Shown: positions 44,489-54,238 of the stretch, in pieces
Position numbering within the stretch: position 1 is the first letter of the stretch
Layout of the letters: every line of letters begins with the position of its first letter
Source: Phallusia mammillata
Lineage: Eukaryota
Length of the DNA: 64,000 bases
Reading direction: 5' to 3'
Assembly (NCBI GenBank): GCA_965637545.1
Contig: OZ281501.1
Coordinates: forward strand, 15,376,001-15,440,000
Made by a program: the position numbers and the translations under genes
Notes under the pieces: generated by a model
The model's database searches: none
Told to the model about the DNA's origin: nothing
Seen by the model: the letters and a program-made list of their open reading frames with translations, nothing else

Positions 44489-44607
44489 CTGGTTTTATTT
44501 GCACAGTAAGACGTTCATACAGCAATTATAAACTCGTTTTTAACAAGCAGTTTTTTAAAGAATTTTGAAAAGCAAGCACACACTCCAAAAAAAAAACAAG
44601 AACTTAC
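44489..44607 (-). other. Probable 5'UTR intron of RRP8
   Basis: Minus-strand donor CG|GTAAGT (plus-strand acttac at 44602-44607) and acceptor CCAG 16 nt upstream of the ATG. Confidence 0.6.
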
Positions 44608-44882
44608 CGTAAAATGAGTCAAATTATTTCTTAAACATGTAAACTAAAAAATTCTCAGACCATGTGGCATTGTTTGTTTCTCAAAACTTGAGTTCTCGAA
44701 TTACTGCTCACTCATCCGTGAAATGTGGATAAAATGGAAAACAGAAAATCCAATTTTGCAAACCAATTAGCGTTAGGAACCAAAATAATTTTTAAATCTT
44801 GGTAAAGACAAATATTAAAAGCTAAAAATAAGAAATTAAAAAAGAACAAATTAAATGTTATGTCGGTCACGCGCGACTGACT

Positions 44883-44915
44883 TTCTCGAACGTTCGAGAA
44901 CATTCGGGACGTTTC
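44883..44915. promoter_or_regulatory. Heat-shock element array (distal)
   Basis: TTCtcGAAcgTTCgaGAAcaTTCggGACgtTTC: seven alternating nGAAn/nTTCn pentamers in register, six of them perfect. Confidence 0.92.
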
Positions 44916-44939
44916 GGAAAATGAGGTAATGCGCACAAC

Positions 44940-44986
44940 TTCTAGAGCTGGCTGGAACATTCGCGTGCTTTCTGCTGGCGTATATA
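44940..44986 (+). promoter_or_regulatory. Proximal gapped HSE and TATA box of HSP70
   Basis: TTC(44940), GAG(44945), GAA(44955), TTC(44960) and TTC(44970) in 5-bp register, followed by TATATA at 44981-44986. Confidence 0.75.
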
Positions 44987-45113
44987 TTATGCTGGCAACT
45001 CGTGTCTCATCATACTAATCTTCGAAAAAACTACTAAGTGCAACTTAGCGAGAACTGAGAGATTCTACCTAACTGTTTCAATAGTTTATAAAGTTGTGAG
45101 ACTAAACAGAAAA

Positions 45114-46997
45114 ATGTCTACTGCTATCGGTATCGACTTGGGTACGACGTATTCGTGTGTGGCAGTTTTTCAAAACGGAAAAGTTGAAATCATCGCCAAC
45201 GACCAAGGCAACAGAACAACACCGAGCTATGTGGCTTTCAACGACACGGAAAGACTAATTGGAGACTCAGCTAAAGATCAAGTGGCAAGAAATAGCGAAA
45301 ACACAATATTTGATGCAAAACGACTGATTGGAAGAAAATATGACGACGCAACTGTCCAGAGCGATAAAAAGCATTGGCCGTTTAAAGTCACTAACAAAAA
45401 CGGAAAGCCCTTCTTGGCTGTTGAGCATCAAGGCGAACGAAAGTCATTTGCTCCTGAAGAAATCAGCGCAATGGTCTTGACCAAAATGAAGCAAATAGCT
45501 GAGGCTTACCTTGGCAAGGACGTTAACCAGGCGGTTATTACCGTTCCCGCTTACTTCAACGACTCTCAAAGGCAAGCAACCAAGGATGCTGGCTCTATTG
45601 CTGGTCTTAAAGTACTAAGAGTGATCAATGAACCAACTGCGGCAGCCCTGGCCTACGGACTTGACAAGCAACACAGCGGAGAGAAGAAAATCCTAGTTTT
45701 CGACCTTGGTGGTGGCACCTTCGATGTTTCAGTACTTGCCATAGACGAAGGTTCGATTTTTGAAGTTCTTTCCACCGCTGGAGATACACATTTGGGCGGT
45801 GAGGACTTCGACAACCGAATGGTAAACCATTTCGTCAAGGAATTCAGCCGGAAATATCACAAAGATATTTCAAAGAACAACCGAGCAGTTAGAAGATTGA
45901 GAACGGCATGCGAAAGAGCTAAACGTGTGCTATCATCTTCAACGGAAGCTTCGATTGAATTGGAGTCACTCTACGAAGGAATTGACTTTTACAGCAAGAT
46001 CACACGGGCAAGATTTGAAGAGCTTTGTTCAGATTTGTTTCGAGCCTGCCTGGATCCAGTCGAAAAAGCTCTACGCGACGCTAAACTTGACAAGTCAAAA
46101 GTTGACGAGATTGTCCTTGTAGGCGGTTCTACAAGAATTCCACGCGTTCAGAAGATCCTTAGCGACTATTTCAACGGGAAGAGCCTCAACAAGTCCATCA
46201 ATCCCGATGAGGCTGTAGCATATGGCGCTGCAGTCCAAGCTGCGGTGTTGACTGGCAGCTCGGGGGTGAAAGATGTCCTTCTGGTGGATGTCGCTCCTCT
46301 TTCACTCGGCATTGAAACCTCCGGAAGCGTTATGACTAAACTTGTGGAGAGAAACACCCGAATTCCACATAGCACTTCGCAAGTGTTCACGACCTATTCA
46401 GATAACCAACCGGCTGTGACTATTCAAGTCTACGAAGGCGAAAGGGCGCTCACCAAAGACAACAACCTACTGGGCACATTCAACTTGACAGGAATACCAC
46501 CAGCTCCACGTGGAGTGCCTAAGATTAAGGTTTCCTTCGATATAGACGCGAATGGAATTCTCCAAGTATCTGCGAAGGATGAAAGCACTGGAAAGTCCAA
46601 TCAGATCACAATTAACAAAGGAAGACTTTCCAACACCGATATCGAGCGCATGTTAGCCGAGGCTGAGAAGTACAAAGACGAGGACGCCAAGCAGATGGAA
46701 AGGGTCAAGGCTAGGAATGAGCTGGAGTCTTATCTATACGGAGTCAAAAATGCAGCAGAGGACGGAAGTGATAAATTATCCTCAGAAGATAAGACAAGAG
46801 TCTTGGATGCATGCAACTCCGCACAGAAGTGGTTGGATGGAAACTCACTGGCTGAAAAAGATGAGTTCGAGTATCAGTTGAAGGATTTGCAGAAGACCTG
46901 CTCACCCGTTATGTCAAACCTTCATTCATCTGGCGCCCAGCAACAGCAGACTGGTTCAGCAACGCAGGATGGCCCAGTTATCGACGAAATGGACTAA
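45114..46997 (+). CDS. HSP70: Heat shock protein 70, intronless, stress-inducible cytosolic type, 627 aa
   Basis: Single ORF with signatures [22 protein letters not shown] and [13 protein letters not shown], linker [16 protein letters not shown], and C-terminus GPVIDEMD. Start ATG at 45114 ([10 protein letters not shown]). HSE array and TATA lie upstream. Confidence 0.97.
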   Translation: MSTAIGIDLGTTYSCVAVFQNGKVEIIANDQGNRTTPSYVAFNDTERLIGDSAKDQVARNSENTIFDAKRLIGRKYDDATVQSDKKHWPFKVTNKNGKPFLAVEHQGERKSFAPEEISAMVLTKMKQIAEAYLGKDVNQAVITVPAYFNDSQRQATKDAGSIAGLKVLRVINEPTAAALAYGLDKQHSGEKKILVFDLGGGTFDVSVLAIDEGSIFEVLSTAGDTHLGGEDFDNRMVNHFVKEFSRKYHKDISKNNRAVRRLRTACERAKRVLSSSTEASIELESLYEGIDFYSKITRARFEELCSDLFRACLDPVEKALRDAKLDKSKVDEIVLVGGSTRIPRVQKILSDYFNGKSLNKSINPDEAVAYGAAVQAAVLTGSSGVKDVLLVDVAPLSLGIETSGSVMTKLVERNTRIPHSTSQVFTTYSDNQPAVTIQVYEGERALTKDNNLLGTFNLTGIPPAPRGVPKIKVSFDIDANGILQVSAKDESTGKSNQITINKGRLSNTDIERMLAEAEKYKDEDAKQMERVKARNELESYLYGVKNAAEDGSDKLSSEDKTRVLDACNSAQKWLDGNSLAEKDEFEYQLKDLQKTCSPVMSNLHSSGAQQQQTGSATQDGPVIDEMD

Positions 46998-47215
46998 AAC
47001 AACAACAAAAAATTTTTCTTTGCGCCAGTTTAACAACTCTTTCTGTAAATAGAACTTTCCTGTACTATGTAACATGCATTTATGGAGTATCAAATCACCT
47101 AAAGTTGCATGCATGATATAATCATGATTCTTTTCCGCAGCTTTTTTTATTTCATCGTGTACACAATGTAAATTTGTTGTAGATAGAAATATGTTTTGTC
47201 GTACTATTTGTTTTT

Positions 47216-47221
47216 AATAAA
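47216..47221 (+). terminator. HSP70 polyadenylation signal
   Basis: First AATAAA after the stop, about 220 nt downstream. Confidence 0.6.
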
Positions 47222-48820
47222 TTTACCCTCCGAAAAAATTAATCCGCCGATTATGCAAGATTTGTAGATTTGTAGCCTAAAAGTTGGTCACTAAAACGTC
47301 TAGTAAAGAAAGATTTCTAAAGGACGGTTTCCGCTAGGTGCTGATAGAGCATAGTATTAGCAGCTAACTTGAAGGTGCAAAATTATAGCATTTTAAAATT
47401 GAAGTACTCTTTCGTAGCTTGTGTCCACAATTTTGTTAGTCCTATCGCCTTTTTGTAAAAAGACAAGTAATTTTTTAAAGTTATTACTGCTATGAAAATT
47501 TTATCCTAATATTTCGAGATAAATTTCGCTAAAACTCAAAAAAACGTCAAAAACGCAAAAAACGTAAAAAAAATCAATAAAAAACGTTTCGTTCAGCAGC
47601 CATTCCGGTGGGCTATCCAGACGTTAATGGCTCTTTTGGTGGTGATGAGATTATTTTAGCCGTCAATCTTGCCAACTTGGATCCAAAACCAGCGTTAAAA
47701 GGTGTCTTTTAAGGTTTGGGCGTTATCACAACATCAATACTTTGGCCACTAAACGTCTACTTAATTATCGTTGAACTTATTTATACGCTGACAAAACACT
47801 TTTATGCGCAGATTTTCATTATAAGTTAGTTGCCGGTACAAATATTCACACAAAGGGATAGTGTAACTTCAAATTGTAAAATTCACATGTTTATGAGGTA
47901 AATATAAAAAATGTTTTTCAAAATCACTGCGCCAAAGAAACTTATAGGATATAAGTTATTTATCACCAAATGGATGAAACGAGAAAAAAGGGTAAAGACA
48001 TTTCCTCTAGTAATGAAAACTCACTTATTTATTGTTTGGGACGATGAATGTTCGAACTTATATGTTAATAAAATTAGTCCAAATAAAAAACACATGTCAA
48101 CCTGACAACGAGTCGAAGCTTTTTTAAATCAAGATCAAGTTTAAATCCGGTTGTGCCCTGTCGTGAAGTGATTTGGATTTGGAAAAACATTTTCTGCTGT
48201 CATGACTTGACAAAATTGAAATGATAAGAACTGCCATAAGAGGATTAGCGTGATACGTATTTGAAACTATAGATGAAAGCTGGACTTCCACGAAATAAAC
48301 ACTTTCTGACGTTTTGTGGCGAAAAAAGCTTTCAAGGCAACGTTTACAACAGGTTTTAAAAAAACACATTTCACTATTATCGGGTGCAAGGACTTTTAAT
48401 GTTTTTTTTAGATTAGCTTACAATTTTGCATGAGCAAAAAACTGTGCAATTTATAAAGTACGGTAATTGTGCATAGATGGCTACATTTGTCGTCAAATGT
48501 TATTCCTGTGATGGATCTAGCGGCTTACTTTATCGAAAGAAAAACATTCTGATTCAGTTAGAATGTGGTGCCATTATGTCATATTGCATATTAATGTTTC
48601 ACCACACTTAGGATAAGTTGGTTACGGTGAGGGTGCGTACGAATAGAAATAAAAAAAAACGTAAAACCCATCCATCACAAAGGTACACAACACACGGACT
48701 TGAATAGCAGCTTTTATGAGCAGAAATTGTCAATCCATTACAGAACATAAAAACATATTAACCACATTATTTTAAACATAGTGATTAAGGTCATTTTAAT
48801 TACTATGCATTGTCCTAACC

Positions 48821-49315
48821 CAGCGGTTCCCAACCTTTCTGGTGCCGTGACCCCATGATAACATTTGCCAAGTTGCGATGACCCCAAGGTCAAAAAGTAG
48901 TTGGCTCTAAATTAAAATTTACTGTATTTGTTTGATTGGGGCTAGTGGTCCTTGGCCTAAAACGAGTTGGGAACCATGCCTTAGGCGCAGGTGTGTCAAA
49001 CTCAAACAACCTTGAGGGCCAAAAACAAACTTTAAAGTAAGTCTAGGGACGAACTATTGAAACATTGTGACAATGTAACATGACAACAACAAAAATTCAA
49101 AGATTTAAAAGAAAAAAGTTCATTACTGCCACTATATACAGATACAGGCTACAGTGGCGCAGTGTGAAAGAACCAACTGTACTTCTAAAAGTTACTTGCG
49201 GGCCGCACAAAAACCGTTGGATGGCTGCATGTTTGACAGCCCTGCCTTAGGCGACCCCAAGCGAATTGTCAGGCGACCCCAGTTGGGGTCGCGACCCACA
49301 GATTGGGAACCGCTG
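48821..49315. mobile_element. hAT-type MITE (outer element of a nested stack)
   Basis: TIRs CAGCGGTTCCCAA / TTGGGAACCGCTG, perfect TSD tcctaacc. Confidence 0.9.
48988..49244. mobile_element. hAT-type MITE nested inside 48821-49315
   Basis: TIRs CAGGTGTGTCAAAC / GTTTGACAGCCCTG (12/14), flanked by the direct repeat ccttaggc(g). Confidence 0.8.
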
Positions 49316-50635
49316 TCCTAACCCCTTCAAAGCTTGAGATTATAATGTGGATTGATCAATAATTCCCTAGAGTTTTGACTCCTCCCATAAAATCAATTAG
49401 ATAGTTTCTGCAGTTTTGACATGTTACATTTGATCATCATAAACAGCAAAACATGTTTTTAAATAAAAGTGCAAAAAAATTTACAAAAATTAGAAACTTT
49501 TTGCAAGGTTAAAGTCCATGCCTGGTGAAGTTATAATGCATTATAGTTACTACAACAAGATTAACATTTCTAAAGGTCATTTGCCCAAGGTTATGTAACG
49601 AATTCAGTTTCGTCAGGCGAACGACACTTTGAAAAGGATTAAAATATGTGACCTTAAGTTGACGTTGGTTTACCGGTTTTAGACAGTTTCATCACAACTG
49701 GTAAGTAACGATAAACCGATTTTGAAATTCATTTCAGATGTCATGACATCAGCGCTTGTCAAAACGTCAAAGGCGTTTTTCGCACAACTAATTGTTCATA
49801 TTTTACTGAGATTTTTGTAGAATATTTAAACTTCAAATTCGTAAAGAAAAAAAGCTTTCTAATTGCTAAAAAATATAACATTCCTTTTAAAACTGCAACG
49901 GTGAAGACAATCACCAATTCGTATGTTATCCAATATCAGTATATATTTATCAGGCCAAATCTGGAACGTTTTCGCTGCCAAAATCAACACGACTTTTGAA
50001 TGAAAACCAACGTAATTGAAGTGAATTATTTCGTAGTTAATGGAAGTGAATTATTTCGTCGTATGTTCAAATGTTGCCACAATGTATGGATTGCAAATGT
50101 CTGTTGAATGCCTTTTTTCTCTACGGATTTATCATTTAACCGAAAACATTAGGTGTTTTTCCTACTTCGGGAATCAGAACTTGCCTTTTGTGGATTACTC
50201 GGAATGTGAATGAAAAGATGGAATCGATTTATTTGACCGGATAGTACATCCAATAAGCTTCTTCCGGGTACAGATTCGACTTTTGTCTCATTCTTGGCAA
50301 TAACATTTTTTACAATAATCAGATTATGTTTTTTTTCTAAATATCGGTGGTATTTCAGAAACAAGAACCTCGTTATACAACAAAGTATGCATTTCGACCA
50401 ATGTCAAAGTGCAACCTTTACGATTTTGTTTTCGTTACTGACGTTTTTTCGGGTAACGTGTGTGTCACGTGACGTGTAAACAGTCCGTCGACTGTTTGGT
50501 ATTTGCGCAAATAATTTAGGTTTTTAACTGAAAATAAATTTGAATCCAACGGGAGTAAATATAAGAAAGTGAAATATTTTAGCTTTAATAAAAACCAAAT
50601 TGTCAGCGATGTAGAATAAAACGTATTCATTTTAT

Positions 50636-50684
50636 TAAACAGACGTTTCGACAAAAACAGTTTTCATCATCAGTGAAAATTTAT
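50636..50684 (-). ncRNA. Type I minimal hammerhead ribozyme motif, intact core, weak stems
   Basis: Minus strand: UAAAUUUUCA-CUGAUGA-U-GAAAACUGUUUUUGUC-GAAA-CGUC^UGUUUAAUAAA. Confidence 0.5.
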
Positions 50685-52108
50685 TGTACAAGCGAAAACA
50701 AGCGCGTTTATTTTATATACACAGAAAAGTAAGGAGAAAAGGTTCACATTGATAAAAAGTTGCAGACAAAAGAGAAGATAGTGCTAAAAAACAGTGATAA
50801 TCAGGTGTTAAAAAGCCGCGGGGGCATAGAAGTTTTGTCAATGTTCAGCCCGGGTGCGTGTCGTTAGATTTGAAGCGACTCTAAAATTAATAATTGATTT
50901 CGATTTGTTGCGTATAATATATATATTTTAGTTATGCGGGATTAGAGTGTATTATAAAACTCAAAGGTCGGTTGGTCTACAGCAGCTGTCAAGGATGTAC
51001 GCAAACGAACTCTGGTTAAGAACGGTTAATTCCAATCTTATGAAAAAACGTGTTATAACAGAATATTTAGCATTTTTGTGGTTGATTTAAGACTTATATT
51101 GCAACGATGAAAATAATTTATGTGGATAAATGGTCACGTAGATCGAATTTTTGAAAGAAATTGTCCGATTATTTACCACTGGAATGGCGTTTTGAACTCG
51201 TATAATGTACGAAACTCATTCAATAAGTTAACACATCGTTTCTCGCGCTGTTTCGGGGTTCACACTAAATCCTGTTGGCACGTTTTCTTTCAAAATCTAA
51301 CTTTATTCGAAAATTTACATTTCACAAACTGGGGTAAACAGATGTTTTGGGGTAAACAGCTGTTTCAGTTTGTAAGCTTCAACAGACTTTGACCTTTAAT
51401 ATTCTGGGGGGCTTCTATTATCAGAAATTCGATCGGTCTCATTGACATCATTTGCGTGTTTTCTAATTAGAAGCGATCGACAAACCACAACGAACTTTTT
51501 ATCGCAAGAGACTTAGGCGTTATTCACGTCGCCCGGTGACAGAGCAAGTGACTGAAAAATTGATTTGGGGGGGCAGGTTACTTTGTGTATCCCAAATTCT
51601 GTAATTAAGGCCTGTCTACGTGATGTGAACGATTTTCCAAATGTTGTGGTTGCTATAAAAAAGCACAAAAGCCCGAAGTTCTTTCAGTGTTGTTCATTAC
51701 GTCGCAATGTTAAGCCTTTAATGGGATGTGACGTAACTGGGGATTATCCCTTGTAGCAAATTTTAGGGGGAGCGCGTCAAATCCATGCGCCGGTGACATT
51801 CTGCGAGTGGGAACCGGCAAGGGGGTTGATGGGAGCGACAAAGACTGCTGTTAAATTATTCAGCTCCTTGGCTGGAAATTACGATGGAAACATGGGAAAC
51901 ATGACGAATGTTCAGATGCGACAACAACTCAATTCTTGTGACCGACCGACGTTGTTTCGTCCTCCCAGAAACCGTGAAGATCGCAGCAACCACTGCCCCT
52001 CACACACACGCCATTAGATCACGCTATCAACATATAATTGGCAAATATATGAGCTACTGCTGCCAGGCATAATATCAAGTTTATAGAGCTCTTCTGGCAA
52101 ATACATTT

Positions 52109-52160
52109 TTATTCCGACGTTTCGACGTCCTATACAGGTCGCCTTCATCAGGGTAAATAA
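52109..52160 (-). ncRNA. Type I minimal hammerhead ribozyme motif, intact core
   Basis: Minus strand: UUAUU(UA)CC-CUGAUGA-A-GGCGACCU[GUAU]AGGACGUC-GAAA-CGUC^GGAAUAA. Stem II has 7 pairs plus one mismatch. Same UA bulge in stem I as the 36765 copy. AATAAA immediately 3'. Confidence 0.8.
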
Positions 52161-52249
52161 CACTGAATGCGCGTAGTATACAGTGCACGATAAACAAGGT
52201 AAAAATATAATTCGTGAATTGGTACAAGTGGAAAAATGATACATGTTTG

Positions 52250-52580
52250 CACGGCTTTGATAATAAATACACATACTTATTTTTGCTTATCCATTGATTC
52301 TTGACTCTGATGTTAAATAACCAAATTTTTAATTGGCTTTGATAATATAGGAGGTATATTTTCACTTGAGTTGCCCTAATGTTTATGCTTGGCTTTGATA
52401 GTTGATGCACAATTTTTTACTTGGCTTTAATAATTCAAACACAAATTTTCACTTGGATTTGATTATGAACAAACAAAAGTTACTTGGCTTTGATAACAAA
52501 TACACAAATTTCTACTTGACTTTGTTAATAAACTCGACACATTCTTACTTATGGCTTTGATAATATATACACTAATAATA
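52250..52580. repeat. Degenerate ~31-33-bp minisatellite (about 10 units), core ACTTGGCTTTGATAA
   Basis: Core variants near 52253, 52301, 52333, 52363, 52388, 52419, 52451, 52482, 52514 and 52547. Confidence 0.8.
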
Positions 52581-54092
52581 TACTAGTGTTAAAACAGACG
52601 ATAAGAAAACTTATTTCTTACTTTGCTTTAAAAGTAAAGTGTTTTCCCAAATAGCTTTAAATTTCCATCACATTAAAAGCAAAATACAAAATGACGGTAC
52701 ATAATACACATACATTTTACCTGGAATATAATATGGAATACAACTTGCATACAAAATGTCACAATTAATTTAAAGAAAATATTTTGACAGATTTGTTTTC
52801 AATTCGATATGTACCGACCTTCGATCAAAAGGCTGGAACCAAAGATGCAACAAAAACATTTAAATCGCAATGAAAAGTTTACTTATGAGGCGTATCGGCC
52901 ATTAAAATCTAAGTAAATAGTAATCAATGCATCGAAAATCAACAACACCACCAACACACAACAAAAATAACTCAGCTGTCATTGGTTTTCATTTCTTATC
53001 GTACTCCATAAGATAATCTGGGTGATTTTATTTCCTAATGCAATTGTGTAGTCATTGAAAAGATTAAGAGATATTTTATGTCATGTCAAAACGTGATGTA
53101 AAACCCTACTACAACATTTGAATGTGCTTTTGTTAAGAAGACTGCAGTTGCACAAAATGCTCATTCCATTATTCCATAAGCATATTATTATTTTATTATT
53201 TGCCATACATTGGGCTATCTTTTTTAACAAACTCAACTCAACTCAACTCAAACACAACCAAAATATCAGAAAATATAAAATGTGCCACAAATTTGAAAAA
53301 AAATCCTAATCATCTAATATAAGTGAACAAGTGTTTTAATTGTTTTAACAAAACCGAAACACGACCTGTAACCTTACAGCAAATTAACGTAGTGTTTCAT
53401 AATTTTTTATTTTTATGATTGGACATTACGTAAATAAGTTGCTTTCTTTATCAAAATGCACAAACATGTACTTGACTAATTTAGTGTATTAAATTTTCCC
53501 GTCAGTCAAACGTATATTTTTCTTTTGATTGCATTTATGAGTCTAAATAATCTCTATGCAAAAGATAAGGTAGGCTACAAGAAAAAGTTCTTTTAATTTC
53601 CAACATATCCAACATACATTTGTTCACACTGTTATTTCGTGCGCTAAACCAAATAAACATGATTGCATGATTGTAATAAAATGGAGTGGCAAAATACGTA
53701 ATATCACCCTGCCTTAGGTAACACAAAGGCGACAAAAAGAAAAAACGCACTGCTCCAAAATACCTTTTTCTTATTTTGCAGTACACGTGCGGTCTTACGA
53801 ATATAAAGAGCAAGTTTCATTTGAAAGGGGCGTAAAAGCGCAAATCTCGACCACAAGAGACGTTGTGTTTCTTAGAGAATCGGCAGTTGGTTAAATTTGT
53901 GGTGTTGGAAAAAGAATCATTAAAATATCTTGAAATATTTTTAATGGCTTGTGCATTTTAAACTAGCCGACGGTATTTTAAGAGAGAGTTCTTTATTTTA
54001 TGAGTTTATTTTTCCTTTCGTGTTTAAAAACAATATGAAAATATCCGTGATAATTAGGTTTACAAAATATAAATCACTCGTATTTTACAGTT

Positions 54093-54132
54093 TGAGATGT
54101 ATATATAAAAGTGTGAGATGTATGTATAAAAG
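54093..54132 (+). repeat. Duplicated TATA-containing 19-mer upstream of the cionin ATG
   Basis: tgagatgtatatataaaag (54093) and tgagatgtatgtataaaag (54114), period 21. Confidence 0.8.
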
Positions 54133-54238
54133 CATTATCTTATTCAAATAGAATCAAATTACTTATAGTTGTTTTTTAATAGATCTAAGCTAAAGAACGA
54201 ACTAAATATTGCAAGGGTACAAACACTAGGAAAAATCG

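Noticed and set aside
44051-44509. 152-aa plus-strand ORF (likewise 12047-12472, 13181-13552, 45653-45838 and 46166-46390)
   Set aside because: Antisense shadows of real coding exons (RRP8, NR4A, HSP70).
52081-52410. 109-aa minus-strand ORF as a Penelope RT or GIY-YIG fragment
   Set aside because: No RT or GIY-YIG motif is recognisable; it is a translation of the minisatellite and the hammerhead (PDEG...SKRR).
52250-52580. Regularly spaced repeats resembling a CRISPR array
   Set aside because: Eukaryotic context, degenerate units, spacers that are themselves similar and short, and no cas genes; it is a minisatellite.
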